From: an uncultured Acidobacteriaceae bacterium
GTDB lineage: Bacteria; Acidobacteriota; Terriglobia; Terriglobales; Acidobacteriaceae
DNA: 64,000 bases
NCBI GenBank assembly: GCA_963736535.1
Contig: CAVTPN010000001.1
Coordinates: 153,789 to 217,788, forward strand
Direction: 5' to 3'
Position 1 is the first letter of the stretch. Each line of letters starts with the position of its first letter. Made by a program: the position numbers and the translations under genes. Below the pieces are notes generated by a model that was not told the origin of the DNA, made no database searches, and worked only from the letters and a program-made list of their open reading frames with translations. Positions 19,835-30,370 of this stretch are shown here, piece after piece.

Positions 19835-20728
19835 ATGGCTTCTTCTAACACCGCTATGCCCCTGCGACGTGCTCGGACTTCCAACCGGGTTTGGCGGATC
19901 TTCGCCGATCACCTGGCCACCGTTGCTGCTGTGGGTGCAACCATACTAGTGATGGCGCCGCTGATCGCTATTTTTTGCTACCTCATCTATAAGGGCGCCA
20001 GTTCCCTCAATCTGGATTTCTTTACCAAGATACCCAAGCCCGTGGGTGAGGTGGGCGGCGGGATGGCCAACGCTATCGTTGGGTCGGGTGTTCTATTGGC
20101 GATCGCCAGCCTTATGGGCGTGCCTGTAGGCATTGCCGGCGGCATCTACATCGCGGAGTTTGGACGCAACAAACGTTTGGCCAATATGGTCAGGTTTACC
20201 GCCGACGTGCTCAACGGCGTGCCCTCGATCGTCATGGGCATTGCCGTTTTCACCCTCATCGTCTTGCCGCAAAAAGGTTTCTCCGCGCTTTCCGGCGGGG
20301 TGGCGCTGGGCATCATGATGATCCCGACCATCACTCGCACGACCGAAGAGATGCTGCTGATGGTGCCCCTGAATGTGCGCGAGGCGGCTCTCGGGTTAGG
20401 TGTGCCGAACTGGCGGTCGGTGCTTTCCATTACTCTGCGCACTGCCTCGCCGGGTGTCATTACGGGCTGCATGTTGGCCTTCGCCAGGGTGGCGGGGGAG
20501 ACAGCGCCATTGCTCTTTACCGCTTTCGGGAATCAGTTTTGGAGCGTTAGCCTCAATCAACCGATCGCGGCGCTTCCGCTGCAGATTTACGTGTATGCAA
20601 TCTCCCCCTACGACGATTGGCATCGTCTTGCCTGGGCCGGCGCGCTGGTGTTGATCGTGCTCATCGTCCTGTCCGTCGCACTCGTCCGGTATGTCGCAGG
20701 CCGTGGTGTTCTGAAAGGGGCAAGTTAG
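19835..20728 (+). CDS. pstA: Phosphate ABC transporter permease
   Basis: 297 aa, multi-TM, with [15 protein letters not shown]. Starts 4 nt after the pstC stop. Confidence 0.9.
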   Translation: MASSNTAMPLRRARTSNRVWRIFADHLATVAAVGATILVMAPLIAIFCYLIYKGASSLNLDFFTKIPKPVGEVGGGMANAIVGSGVLLAIASLMGVPVGIAGGIYIAEFGRNKRLANMVRFTADVLNGVPSIVMGIAVFTLIVLPQKGFSALSGGVALGIMMIPTITRTTEEMLLMVPLNVREAALGLGVPNWRSVLSITLRTASPGVITGCMLAFARVAGETAPLLFTAFGNQFWSVSLNQPIAALPLQIYVYAISPYDDWHRLAWAGALVLIVLIVLSVALVRYVAGRGVLKGAS

Positions 20729-21486
20729 TGGGCGTAGAAATCGAAGTGTCTGATCTGAATGCGTGGTACGGCGCCAACCACACCCTTCAGAGCATCAGCC
20801 TGCGGATTCCGGCGAACCACGCCACTGCCCTCATCGGGCCCTCGGGTTGCGGTAAGTCTACGTTCGTGCGCTGCCTCAACCGTATGCACGAGACCAACCC
20901 GATTGGTCGCGTTACCGGGACGGTGCGGGTCGGTCCGGTAGATATCTATGCTCAGGCCTCACCGGTGGAGATTCGCCGCCGGATCGGGATGGTTTTTCAG
21001 CGGCCGAATCCGTTTCCAACCATGTCGATCTACGACAACGTGGCGTCCGGTCTCCGCCTCAATGGATTTCGAAACCGAAAGGTGCTCGATGAAGTGGTCG
21101 AGCGCTCGCTGCAGCAGGCCGCTCTTTGGGAGGAAGTGAAGGACGATCTCAAGAAGAAGTCTGGCGCCAGCCTCTCCGGCGGCCAGCAGCAACGCCTCTG
21201 TATCGCGCGCGCTTTGGCTGTGGATCCGGAGGTGATGCTGATGGACGAGCCGGCCTCGGCGCTGGATCCGGTCTCCACAGCGAAGATCGAAGATCTTATC
21301 TTTCAGCTCAAGTCGCAGTACACCATTGTGATCGTGACCCATAACATGCAACAGGCGGCGCGGGTGGCGGAGAACACTGGTTTCTTCCTCAATGGCAAAC
21401 TGGTGGAATTCGACGCAACGCACAAGATCTTTACCAATCCCACCGATAAGCGGACGGAGGATTACATTACAGGTAGGTTCGGATGA
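20728..21486 (+). CDS. pstB: Phosphate ABC transporter ATP-binding protein
   Basis: Walker [10 protein letters not shown], signature [14 protein letters not shown], Walker [12 protein letters not shown] place the start at GTG 20728, overlapping the pstA TAG by 1 nt. The upstream part of the track ORF (from 20617) is read-through inside pstA. Confidence 0.9.
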   Translation: MGVEIEVSDLNAWYGANHTLQSISLRIPANHATALIGPSGCGKSTFVRCLNRMHETNPIGRVTGTVRVGPVDIYAQASPVEIRRRIGMVFQRPNPFPTMSIYDNVASGLRLNGFRNRKVLDEVVERSLQQAALWEEVKDDLKKKSGASLSGGQQQRLCIARALAVDPEVMLMDEPASALDPVSTAKIEDLIFQLKSQYTIVIVTHNMQQAARVAENTGFFLNGKLVEFDATHKIFTNPTDKRTEDYITGRFG

Positions 21487-22145
21487 CGCGCATTCGATTT
21501 CATCGGAAACTCGACGATCTGAAAGAGCGGCTTCTCGTCATGGCAGGCATGGCGGAGCAGGCTATCCAGCGAGCCGTTGAGGCCTACCGTGTGCGCGACC
21601 TTTCCCTTTGCGACCTGGTGGTCCGGAGTGAGATTTCGATCAACAGCTTCGAGCGCGAGATCGACCAGATGGCGCTTGACCTGCTTGCCATGGAGCAGCC
21701 GATGGCGATCGATCTGCGTTTCATTCTGGCGGTCATCAAGATCAACGCTGATCTGGAACGTGTGGGCGACCAGGCGGTCAGCATCAGCGACCGGGTGCGT
21801 GATCTTCAGGCCTTCCCGGTTGTGGATCTGCCGGTCGACATTCCGCGCATGGCATCGCTCGCCTCTGCTATGGTGCGCAAAGCCCTGCAGGCCTTTATCG
21901 AGGCCGACGCGGAACTGGCCACCTCTGTGCTGACCATGGACGATAACGTGGATAAACTTAACGACACTGCCTTTTTTGCTCTTTCCAACCTGATCAAAGA
22001 GCAGCCCCGCTACACTCCCCAGGCGCTGCACGCGCTGATGATTGCTCGCAACCTGGAGCGGGTTGCCGATCACGCGACCAACATCGCAGAAGATGTCATT
22101 TTCTGGGTCCGCGGCGCGGACGTTCGCCACCACTTGAGCACTTAA
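21483..22145 (+). CDS. phoU: Phosphate signalling complex protein PhoU
   Basis: 220 aa. Duplicated PhoU repeats with [10 protein letters not shown] and [12 protein letters not shown]. The ATG overlaps the pstB stop. Confidence 0.95.
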   Translation: MTRIRFHRKLDDLKERLLVMAGMAEQAIQRAVEAYRVRDLSLCDLVVRSEISINSFEREIDQMALDLLAMEQPMAIDLRFILAVIKINADLERVGDQAVSISDRVRDLQAFPVVDLPVDIPRMASLASAMVRKALQAFIEADAELATSVLTMDDNVDKLNDTAFFALSNLIKEQPRYTPQALHALMIARNLERVADHATNIAEDVIFWVRGADVRHHLST

Positions 22146-22173
22146 GGATTGGCTAAGAAACTTACCCCTCGAT

Positions 22174-22575
22174 TTATTCTCTGGCAATGAAAACATCAGA
22201 TGGAAGCTTGAACCGGGCACTCAATTTCCGCACCTGATCCAGTGTCAGCTTTCGTTGCCCAGCTAGGAACATCGAAACTGCACTCTCCGATCCGAATTGC
22301 GGGACCAAATCGCGCTGTGAAAGGCCCTGCTGCTCAATGAGAAAGCGTACGACTGACACCGCGTCCGCAGCCGGGACAGAGTAGTGTGCCTGCTCATAGC
22401 GATCCACCAGAAGGGTCAGCAGTTCGATTGCTTCCGCTTCGGAGCGAGATGGTTTCTCCAGGGCAGTTAGCTCGTAGAGAGCCTCTGTATACGCTGCGAG
22501 CTCAAGATCATTGCGGATAAGGCGAGGAGCGCCGTGGGCAATCATTTCCGCCGGGTTTGCGAGAACTTTCCTCAT
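22174..22575 (-). CDS. higA: HigA-type antitoxin (COG5499-like, C-terminal XRE HTH)
   Basis: 133 aa. ...IRNDLELAAYTEALYELT...LLTLLVDRYEQ... followed by the HTH LSQRDLVPQFGSESAVSMFLAGQRKLTLDQVRKLS. It overlaps the higB stop by 4 nt. Confidence 0.8.
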   Translation of the reverse strand: MRKVLANPAEMIAHGAPRLIRNDLELAAYTEALYELTALEKPSRSEAEAIELLTLLVDRYEQAHYSVPAADAVSVVRFLIEQQGLSQRDLVPQFGSESAVSMFLAGQRKLTLDQVRKLSARFKLPSDVFIARE

Positions 22576-22901
22576 TTGGTCCCAAACTTCCTATCCCAGT
22601 TTCTGGGATTGTCGTACTCCTTGTGCGTCAGAAAGGATCGGATGTAAACGTGCCCTCCAGTTTGCTTACTTTCTCCCGTCTTTGCATAGTGAATGACGGT
22701 GATAAGCCGGTATCGATTCTGCCGGATGTTGAAGACTACGTACCCATCAACATAATCGGCATCCGTAAACATGCTGCGCACTTCTGGAAAATTGTGCCAT
22801 CGAACAGCGGCGACTATCATCGCCCACGCTTTGATTTCGTTTGCCGCTTCCGGATAGCGATGGATGGCCTCGCTCAGATGCCTTCGGGTAACGATATACA
22901 C
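22572..22901 (-). CDS. higB: HigB-type mRNA interferase toxin (HigB_toxin/RelE-like fold)
   Basis: 109 aa with a GTG start. RYPEAANEIKAWAMIVAAVRWHNFPEVRSMFTDADYVDGYVVFNIRQNRYRLITVIHY...VYIRSFLTHKEYD matches the HigB family pattern. Toxin-first order is as in higBA. Confidence 0.8.
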   Translation of the reverse strand: MYIVTRRHLSEAIHRYPEAANEIKAWAMIVAAVRWHNFPEVRSMFTDADYVDGYVVFNIRQNRYRLITVIHYAKTGESKQTGGHVYIRSFLTHKEYDNPRNWDRKFGTK

Positions 22902-22908
22902 CCATGCA

Positions 22909-22938
22909 AGTTTACTTCACGATATGTGAAGTCGTCAA
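22909..22938 (-). promoter_or_regulatory. Candidate higBA promoter with operator palindrome between -35 and -10
   Basis: The minus strand reads TTGACG-N18-TAAACT, ending 7 nt before the GTG start. The spacer holds the perfect inverted repeat ACTTCAC-ATATC-GTGAAGT (22914-22932). Confidence 0.5.
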
Positions 22939-22947
22939 TACGATCGC

Positions 22948-24342
22948 CTATTGGCCAAAACTCAGAGGCGGTGGCTTATAGCCATAGTTTGCCTCTACCG
23001 CGGCTGCGATGCCAAGCACGCGTTCGTCTTCGAAGGGACGCCCTACAATCTGCACCCCAATCGGCAAGCCCTCGGGCGACCAGCCTACCGGCACAACCGC
23101 CGCGGGCGCGCCCAGCAAGTTGAACCACTGCGTGTAGCGCATGGCATCGAGATACTTCACTTGCCGGCCTTCCACGTCCCACGCACGTTCCCCATGGCGA
23201 AAGGCGGGAATCGCGCAGACGGGACACAGAAGGATGGGAAAACTCTCCATCTCCGCCAGCAGCTTACGGCGTACGTGATCGCAATCCATCCAGGCCGTGA
23301 GCAGTTCCTGCACGGACAACGGTGGCTCGCTGTGCGCGATCGACAGGAAATCAAGAAACGTTGGGCTCAACTCCGAATGCCGTCCTTGTACCAGTGGATC
23401 GAGAAGCATAGCGCCGCCGCGGACAAAAAACTTCCACCACAATTGCCGTGCCTCCTCAAGGGCGCGGGGACGAAACGGCTGGACGTTGAAGCCCTGACTT
23501 GCGAGCGTACGCGCCGCATCCTGCACCGCCTGGCGCGTTTCCGGAGTGACTGGGATAAGGCCATCGTCCTCAAAGAAGGCGATGGGAACGCGCCGCAAAT
23601 CTTCCAGCGACTCATTCCTGAGGCCGACCGGCGGGCTCACGGGATCGAGAGCATCCTGTCCGGAGAGAGTGATGAAGAGCAGCGTGACATCACGGATGGT
23701 GCGTGCCATGGGGCCGATCGCGCCAAGAATGGCAAAGGGCCCATCGCACGATGGCAAATGACCGCGTGCGGGGATGCGGCCCGGCGTGGGCTTGAGCGAG
23801 CATATTCCGGTAAAGTGAGCCGGCTCGCGCACCGAGCCCCCGCTATCGCTGCCCAGTCCACCCGCGGAAAGGCCGGCGGCAATCGCTGCCGATTCGCCGC
23901 CGCTCGATCCGCCCGCGCTTCGCTCCACATCCCACGGATTGCATGCGCGCCCATACAGCCGGTTGTCGCTCTCGTAAGCCATCAGGAACTCAGGACAGTT
24001 GGTGGTTCCCAGAACCACCGCGCCGGCTCGCTTCATGCGATCCACCACGGTTGCGTTTTCATGGGGAACATAGCCACGGTGCAGCAGGCTGCCGGTCTCG
24101 CACCGGTATCCGGCGGTGGCGATCGAAGACTTGATGGTCACCGGCAACCCGAAGAGAGGGCCGCGGGGGCCGCTGGAGTTCTCGAGCGCGCGGGCCTGTG
24201 CACGCACCCGATCCGCGTCAAAATCGACCAGCGCATGCAGCTGAGGATTCAGGCGTTCGATCTGCCGGATGTATTCACCGGCCAGTTCCAGCGGGGAGAT
24301 CTGCCCCCGCCTGAGCATGGACAAAAGCTCAACCGCGGGCAT
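22948..24342 (-). CDS. Amidase (amidase-signature family, GatA-like)
   Basis: AS signature GGSSGGESAAIAAGLSAGGLGSDSGGSVREPAHFTGICSLKPTPGR. I start it at ATG 24342 (MPAVELLSMLRRGQISPLEL), 14 nt after the upstream stop. The track extension to 24456 overlaps the upstream gene. Confidence 0.85.
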   Translation of the reverse strand: MPAVELLSMLRRGQISPLELAGEYIRQIERLNPQLHALVDFDADRVRAQARALENSSGPRGPLFGLPVTIKSSIATAGYRCETGSLLHRGYVPHENATVVDRMKRAGAVVLGTTNCPEFLMAYESDNRLYGRACNPWDVERSAGGSSGGESAAIAAGLSAGGLGSDSGGSVREPAHFTGICSLKPTPGRIPARGHLPSCDGPFAILGAIGPMARTIRDVTLLFITLSGQDALDPVSPPVGLRNESLEDLRRVPIAFFEDDGLIPVTPETRQAVQDAARTLASQGFNVQPFRPRALEEARQLWWKFFVRGGAMLLDPLVQGRHSELSPTFLDFLSIAHSEPPLSVQELLTAWMDCDHVRRKLLAEMESFPILLCPVCAIPAFRHGERAWDVEGRQVKYLDAMRYTQWFNLLGAPAAVVPVGWSPEGLPIGVQIVGRPFEDERVLGIAAAVEANYGYKPPPLSFGQ

Positions 24343-24356
24343 TACGGTGAGGCCGT

Positions 24357-27300
24357 TCACTGCGCCGGCTTGACCACCGGCGGCAGCATCACGCGCGGCT
24401 TGTAGTGAAATGCATATTGCTGCACTCCGCGCCCGGAGTCGAAGCGGTCGTTCCATTCCAGCTCGTATTGCATGCGCTGTTCGTCCTGCGGATAGTGCTC
24501 ACTCGCTGGGTAGGGATAGGTGCTCATGCCGTGGAACGGCATGTCGGCGACAGTGAAAGGACTCGCCTCGTAGAAATCCATATCCTTGACGAAGCCGTTG
24601 GCATAGAAAAAGTAGTCACGCTTCCAGCCCGGCGGCAACGGAGGCAGGGAAGCGGTGCTGAATTCCACGTCAATATCTTCACCGCTGCCGAAGATCACAA
24701 AGGATTCGTCGACTGACTTCAGCAAGGGAGTGACTTCCCCGTAGCGGGTATAGCTGCCGCGAGAGCGGGTAAAGGGCCCGGTCTGGCTGATGTGTTGATA
24801 GTTGTACGTCAGATCGCCCGGCGTCTTGCCATCGACCTGCTCCGGGTATCCGCGAAAAGCGAGCTCCGCGGAAGCCAGGGGCAGCTCCGTCTGGCGTACG
24901 TGCTGGGGCGCCTCCGGCCCGTTGTCGATCAATGCCTGGTCCCAGTAGATCTGCAGATTAGTGGTGAGCCGGATGCGCCGCGTACCCGGCGGTAGCTTGC
25001 CCGTGAGATCCACCACGATGGTGCGCGGCAGCCCTGCTGGGAAGCCCATTTCATCGACGACCCTCTTCCAGCTGCCGTCGGGCAACTGTGCTTCCACGTA
25101 GGGCGGCATCGGCTCAAGGTTCGATTGCCACGCGGCATACATGGAACTCGCCGAAAAATACTCGATGAAGCCGTGCAGCAACAGCCGCAAGGGATTGGCG
25201 TTGGTCCATTCGCCTACATCGAGCGTGAGCGTGTGCTGGTTGGCAAAGCCGGCGAAGGGCAGGTTGGTAAAGTCACGCACGTACTGGTGGTCGCGGGCGC
25301 GCAGCAGTGCGCTTACGTCGCGGCCTTTATCATCCCATGCTCCGGCAACCGGATGCGCGTCGGCGCTCAACACCGCGCGGCCGTCTGCAAAAGGAGGTTC
25401 GTTGAGAAAGCCCTCGTTGGGATAGACCTCGGTGGCCGCGGGATGATCGACCGCTATCAAGCGGACCTGGTCAAGATAGTTGACCTCTTCCATCGGTTCA
25501 CCAAAACGCAGGCTGAGATATCCACCGCGCGGGCGAAGCTGCGAACCTTCGACCTTGACCCATTCATCCGGATCGGCATTGTTTTTTGCGGTGGGCGAAA
25601 CCCAGTGGCCAACCACTGCGGCGCCGATCACGTCAGAGATGAATTCGTACTTCTTTCCGTTCCAGGCAAACAGAGTGGGACAGGAACTTCCCCGGCGGTC
25701 CAGTTCGGTGATGGCAATGGAGGTCTTCGTGGCCAGCTCGGTTTCATCCTGAGGAACACCGGTGGGCCACAGTATCCGCACCATGTCGGCATGTTCCGCA
25801 CTACCAATGCCGGCCAGAAGCTGCTGCGCTCCCTGGCTGAGATAACCAGAGGCTCCAGTGATCTCGAACTTCTGCCAAACGCCATCCGCAAAGACCTCTA
25901 CCTTGGCTCCGATCGCCGATTTGTTGTCGGCAACACCCTTCATCGAAATCAGCACAGAGTGATTGCGATTGCCACCCTGGTTGCGCAGGAGCAAGGGGTC
26001 GCCATTTGGCTGGGTAACGATCAGGTCGGCAGCACCGTCGCCGTCGACATCGGCGGCAATCAGAGCCCGAGGTTGAACCAGCTTCACCTGGTCGAGTTTC
26101 ACTTGCGCGGTGACATCCTCAAAGCCCGCCGCCCCCCGGTTCCGCAGGGCGCGCAATTCCGGCCCATGCGATGTTTCCACCGCGGCTACCAGATCGAGCC
26201 AACCATCGTTGTCCAAATCGATGGCGGTCAGACCCCAACCTGCGGTCACATTTTGTACCGGTAAAGGGACGCGTTCAAACCGCTTGCCCTGTACGTTCCT
26301 CCACAGTGAGATGCCCGGACTGCCAGAGTGGGTGAGAGCGACATCCATCCACCCATCCTTGTTGAAGTCGAGCACCACAGCTCCGACCGTCGGGGCGAGG
26401 CCGGCATCAGCAAAGAGCGGAGAAGACTTGAACAGGCCCTCGCGCGGGTTGGCAAAGAAGGTAGGCGCCTGGCCGGAACCGGTGACCAGCAGATCGACCG
26501 CGCGATCGTTGTTGAGGTCAGACAGCGTTGCGGCCACGGTCGTCCCTTCGCCTCCAAGGCCGGCTTGCTCCGTCCAGTTGGTAAAGGTGCCGTTGCCGTT
26601 GTTGCGCCACAGAACGTTGGGCTTCGCTCCAGCCGCGGAGGGTTGGCCGGTCACAAAGAGGTCCAGGTCGCCGTCGTGGTCATAATCGACGAAGGTGATG
26701 CCGGCAGGCTGATTGGCCGGTTGCACACCCGTGGCCGCGGTCACGTCGGAGAATTTGCCACCACCATGGTTCTTGAACAGCAGCACGCGGTCGCTCAGTG
26801 CCACAGCCACATCCGGCAGGCCATCGTTGTCGAAGTCGCCGACGGTGCAGGCCACGCCGGTACCGCTGGCCACCAGGCCGGTCTGTGCGCTGGGCACCAG
26901 CGCAAAGCTTCCGTTGCCAGATTCGGCATACGTCCGGATCGCATCCGGCCCCGATGCCATCACCAGCAGATACGAGTGTTCGCCCGCGGGCGCAACCAGG
27001 CATGCTCCGCCCTGGGGGCGATCGCCTGGCTTAGCCACCGCAGCGGCTATGTGATCGATGGTCTGCGCGGTAAAGGTAAGCGGAATCATCGCGCCCACTT
27101 GCGGGTTCAGGGTCAGCGCATCTTGTACCAGCGAGTAGTGGCCCTCATCGCCATAGGTGTGCGCGAGAGGAAAGCCGATCTTCTCCTGGTTCAGCGTTTC
27201 GAAGCGCTTGAACGCAGTGGCCGCCTCATCTCGCCGTCCCAGGCGCTGTAAGGCTTTGGCTAAGCCAAATTGAGCCGATGCATGAATGGGGTTCAGCCGC

Positions 27301-27812
27301 AAAGCAGCTTGGAATTCGCTAAGAGCCTGCTCCGGTTGATGCAATTCGAGCAATACGGAACCCAGGAAGTAGTGAGTGTCGGCGTCGTCCGGATCGAGAG
27401 CCGCTGCCCGTTGAAAGCTTTCCAGGGACTGCTGATACTCGGCTTCAATGCGGTACAAAATGCCCAGCGCATACCAGATGTGCGGATCTTTGGGGTCCTG
27501 GGCCGCGGCTTGTTCGAGCGCTTGCTTGGCTTCCGGCATTTTCTGCAGGTAGATCAGCGCGATGCCGCGGTTCACCTCGGCATGGACCAGCGAAGGATCA
27601 AGCTGGTAGGCCTCAGCGAATTTGGCCTGCGCTTTATCCAGCAGCTGCTGATTCATCAGCGCGGTGCCAAAATTGTTTAGCTTTGCTGCTTCCGCCTGCT
27701 TGGATGGGGTAACATCCGCGCTCCCGGCAGTTGCGGCAACAAGTAGTGCGGCGAAGAGGACCAAGCCCGACAGGGCGCTGCGATACGATGAAGCTAGGGC
27801 TGGGCGACGCAT
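24357..27812 (-). CDS. Exported TPR + FG-GAP/VCBS repeat + ASPIC/UnbV domain protein (CRTAC1-like)
   Basis: 1151 aa. Signal peptide, N-terminal TPR repeats, repeated FDNDGxxD / DxDGDLDL calcium-binding FG-GAP motifs, and a C-terminal UnbV_ASPIC-like region (AIGAKVEVFADG...). Confidence 0.85.
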   Translation of the reverse strand: MRRPALASSYRSALSGLVLFAALLVAATAGSADVTPSKQAEAAKLNNFGTALMNQQLLDKAQAKFAEAYQLDPSLVHAEVNRGIALIYLQKMPEAKQALEQAAAQDPKDPHIWYALGILYRIEAEYQQSLESFQRAAALDPDDADTHYFLGSVLLELHQPEQALSEFQAALRLNPIHASAQFGLAKALQRLGRRDEAATAFKRFETLNQEKIGFPLAHTYGDEGHYSLVQDALTLNPQVGAMIPLTFTAQTIDHIAAAVAKPGDRPQGGACLVAPAGEHSYLLVMASGPDAIRTYAESGNGSFALVPSAQTGLVASGTGVACTVGDFDNDGLPDVAVALSDRVLLFKNHGGGKFSDVTAATGVQPANQPAGITFVDYDHDGDLDLFVTGQPSAAGAKPNVLWRNNGNGTFTNWTEQAGLGGEGTTVAATLSDLNNDRAVDLLVTGSGQAPTFFANPREGLFKSSPLFADAGLAPTVGAVVLDFNKDGWMDVALTHSGSPGISLWRNVQGKRFERVPLPVQNVTAGWGLTAIDLDNDGWLDLVAAVETSHGPELRALRNRGAAGFEDVTAQVKLDQVKLVQPRALIAADVDGDGAADLIVTQPNGDPLLLRNQGGNRNHSVLISMKGVADNKSAIGAKVEVFADGVWQKFEITGASGYLSQGAQQLLAGIGSAEHADMVRILWPTGVPQDETELATKTSIAITELDRRGSSCPTLFAWNGKKYEFISDVIGAAVVGHWVSPTAKNNADPDEWVKVEGSQLRPRGGYLSLRFGEPMEEVNYLDQVRLIAVDHPAATEVYPNEGFLNEPPFADGRAVLSADAHPVAGAWDDKGRDVSALLRARDHQYVRDFTNLPFAGFANQHTLTLDVGEWTNANPLRLLLHGFIEYFSASSMYAAWQSNLEPMPPYVEAQLPDGSWKRVVDEMGFPAGLPRTIVVDLTGKLPPGTRRIRLTTNLQIYWDQALIDNGPEAPQHVRQTELPLASAELAFRGYPEQVDGKTPGDLTYNYQHISQTGPFTRSRGSYTRYGEVTPLLKSVDESFVIFGSGEDIDVEFSTASLPPLPPGWKRDYFFYANGFVKDMDFYEASPFTVADMPFHGMSTYPYPASEHYPQDEQRMQYELEWNDRFDSGRGVQQYAFHYKPRVMLPPVVKPAQ

Positions 27813-27839
27813 TCTGCTCCGGCTGCGATCAGAAGATCA

Positions 27840-28088
27840 TTAAAGAATCCATGCTCGACTATAGAACACGGCGCTAGGGTTGGAAATGGCAGATTCAATT
27901 CGCTTTAGCAGGCCGCAAATCATCTCAGGGAGCTTGACCGGGTAACCGTAGGCATGGTTTCCCAGCGCGGCCGAGCTTGCTGCGTAGAGAATCTGTTGAG
28001 CAAGCCGTGGAAGGGCACGCAGCCGTCCTATCCCGACGGCTTCGGTTATGAGACGTACGCCTGCGGGGCCCGGTACGTGGATGCTCAC
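27840..28088 (-). CDS. Hypothetical 82-aa ORF at the end of the amino-sugar operon (weak call)
   Basis: The ATG overlaps the degT-like stop by 4 nt. No recognisable motif. It could be a remnant of a lost downstream gene. Confidence 0.25.
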   Translation of the reverse strand: MSIHVPGPAGVRLITEAVGIGRLRALPRLAQQILYAASSAALGNHAYGYPVKLPEMICGLLKRIESAISNPSAVFYSRAWIL

Positions 28089-29219
28089 GACACCAAGCGC
28101 GGAATCCCTCGGTGGACTAGCAGCTGGCCCAGGGTGTCACAAACGGTATCCATTGCTCCGGCTTCTATGTTGTTGAAGAAGGGAAGTGCAAGGGTGCGTG
28201 AGGCCTCCGCCTCAGTGACCCGCAGGTTTGCTGAATTTCTCCATGCAGCATAGCTTGGCTGTAAATGAATGGGAGCGAAGTACCGCCCGGAGGCAATGCC
28301 GGCTGCGGCCAATCCTCGCATCACTGCATCCCGGTTTAGGTGAGCGCTGCTGATTCAGGCGCACGACATAGACAAACCAACTGACGCGGCCTTCAGCGAC
28401 CGAAAGGGGTGGAAGCATAAGCTCCTGATACCGGCTGAGCCGCTGATGATAGGCTGACGCGACCGCCTCGCGCTTGTGCAGGATCTCGTCGAGTCTCGAC
28501 ATCTGCGCCAGCCCCAAGGCGCAATTGATCTCGGAGATGCGATAGTTATAGCCCAGCTCGGTATGCTGAAGCCAGTCGTCGCTTTCATACCGTCCCTGGT
28601 TGCGCAGAGCCCGGATGCGCCGGGCGAGGGCCTCATCCCGCGTGACCACGACGCCGCCTTCGCCGGTGGTGATCTGCTTGTTGGGGTAAAAGGCGAAGAC
28701 GCCGGCATGACCCATGGAGCCGGCCTTGCGGCCGCGATGCTCCGCCCCAATCGCCTCGCAGGCATCCTCCATCACCAACAGCCCATGCCTTTCGGCAATC
28801 TCAAGAATCGTCGAAATATCAGCGGGAAGCCCAAAGGTGTGGACCACCAGGATGGCTCGTGTCCTGGGCGTGATGGCTTCCTCAACCCTCTGCGGATCGA
28901 TGTTCAGCGTGACCGGATCGATATCGGCGAAGACCGGGGTTGCACGTTCATAACGAATGGCGTTCGCGGCAGCGATGAAGGTGAACGAGGGAACGATGAC
29001 CTCATCCCCCTCACCGATGCCCAGCGCGCGGATGCAAAGATGCAGGCCGGCGGTTCCGGAGCTGACCGCTACCGCGTGGGGCACGGAAACGTATCGGGCC
29101 ACCGCCGCCTCAAATTGTTCGCTCACCGGACCGAGGCTGAGCCGTGGAGTGCGCAACACGGCAACGACTGCTTCGATCTCCGTCTCGGTTATGTCGGGGG
29201 CGGATAAGGGTATCTTCAT
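28085..29219 (-). pseudogene. DegT/DnrJ/EryC1/StrS family PLP-dependent sugar aminotransferase, one frame break
   Basis: N-terminal 290 aa: ...AVSSGTAGLHLCIRALGIGEGDEVIVPSFTFIAAANA...FYPNKQITTGEGGVV (PLP Lys)...NYRISEINCALGLAQM...WFVYVVRL. The frame then changes at about 28338-28356. The C-terminus continues as AHLNRDAVMRGLAAAGIASGRYFAPIHLQPSY...TLALPFFNN. Confidence 0.85.
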
Positions 29220-30370
29220 GGAAGAGTGGCCGCGCGCTTGACGATCAACTCTTCAGAGAGGGGAACAGTGGTGAGTACATGCACAATCTTCTCCGAGGCG
29301 TGTCCGTCTCCATAAGGATTGGTCATGCCCACGAGCGTCTCGCGAAACTCAACGCTCAGGGCCTCGGTAATTTTCGCGAGGATGGCATCGGTCTCCGGCT
29401 CCGCATCCAGCACATTACGGCCCCGCTCGCGGCCCTTCTGCCGGAAACCCACGTTCACCACCGGCACGCGAAACGATGCAGCCTCCATAATGCCACTGCT
29501 GGAGTTACCGATGAGCAGGGCAACCCGGCGAAGCAGGCTCCAGTAAGCGACCGAGTCCAGGTTGACGTAGACCCTGGCCCTGCTGCGAGTCGAGAGGAAG
29601 GCTCGCGTCCTCTCCAACAGCGCATGGCTGCCCGCATCGGCGTTGGGGTAGCAGAAGAGTATTTGCGCGTCCACTTGTCCCAGGGCAGCAAAGAGGGAAT
29701 CGGCCTCCTGCGTTGTATCCCGCATGATGGTCACCGGATGATACGCGACCACGAACGTAGGATGTTTGAGCTCGAGATCGAGCCGCTCCTCGAGTTCATG
29801 GAGGTCGAGTAAACGGCTGCGGCGAAGATGGTCGAGCGAGGGAGCACCGGCACGATGGACCCTCCACGGCTCCTCACCCATCGCGATCACGCGGGCCCGC
29901 GCACCTTCCGTCGAAGTGAAGTGAATATGGCTCATCTTGGTGAGCGCGTTTCTCACCGCATCGTCAATGGCTCCTTCGCTGATTTCTCCCCCTTCAATAT
30001 GTGCGATGGGAATGCGCAGCGTGAGAGCCACCGCAGCGGGTGCAAGCATCTCGTAGCGGTCCGCGATCAGGAGCAGCAAATCGGGCCGCATCTGCCCCAG
30101 CAGGTCGGCCAGGGAAAGCACAGCCACGCCCAGTGTCTTTGCCATGCCCACATCGGTATCCGAACTGAGAAGGCACTCGAGCCGGGCGGCGATGGGCAAC
30201 CCATCCTTCTCAATCTCTTTCACTGTTTCCCCGAACTGAGGTGAGAGATGTGCGCCCAGCACGATCAGCTTCAGGTCGACGTCTTCGCGCCGAGCCAGAT
30301 CGTGTAAAGGCCAATAGAGATGGCTATAGTCGGCGCGGGAAGTGGTCACTACGGCAATCGTGCGCTTCAT
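29216..30370 (-). CDS. UDP-N-acetylglucosamine 2-epimerase, hydrolysing type (NeuC/LegG-like)
   Basis: MKRTIAVVTTSRADYSHLYWPL...IADRYEMLAPAAVALTLRIPIAHIEGGEISEGAIDDAVRNALTKMSHIHF is the NeuC pattern. ATG 30370 overlaps the upstream stop (ATGA). The track extension to 30472 is rejected. Confidence 0.8.
   Translation of the reverse strand: MKRTIAVVTTSRADYSHLYWPLHDLARREDVDLKLIVLGAHLSPQFGETVKEIEKDGLPIAARLECLLSSDTDVGMAKTLGVAVLSLADLLGQMRPDLLLLIADRYEMLAPAAVALTLRIPIAHIEGGEISEGAIDDAVRNALTKMSHIHFTSTEGARARVIAMGEEPWRVHRAGAPSLDHLRRSRLLDLHELEERLDLELKHPTFVVAYHPVTIMRDTTQEADSLFAALGQVDAQILFCYPNADAGSHALLERTRAFLSTRSRARVYVNLDSVAYWSLLRRVALLIGNSSSGIMEAASFRVPVVNVGFRQKGRERGRNVLDAEPETDAILAKITEALSVEFRETLVGMTNPYGDGHASEKIVHVLTTVPLSEELIVKRAATLP

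Noticed and set aside
21462-22220. 252-aa minus-strand ORF
   Set aside because: It lies antisense to phoU, which is unambiguous.
22951-24405. 484-aa plus-strand ORF
   Set aside because: It lies antisense to the amidase, which carries the full amidase-signature motif.
25125-27251. Two long plus-strand ORFs (379 and 307 aa)
   Set aside because: They lie antisense to the 1151-aa TPR/FG-GAP protein and are shadow ORFs.
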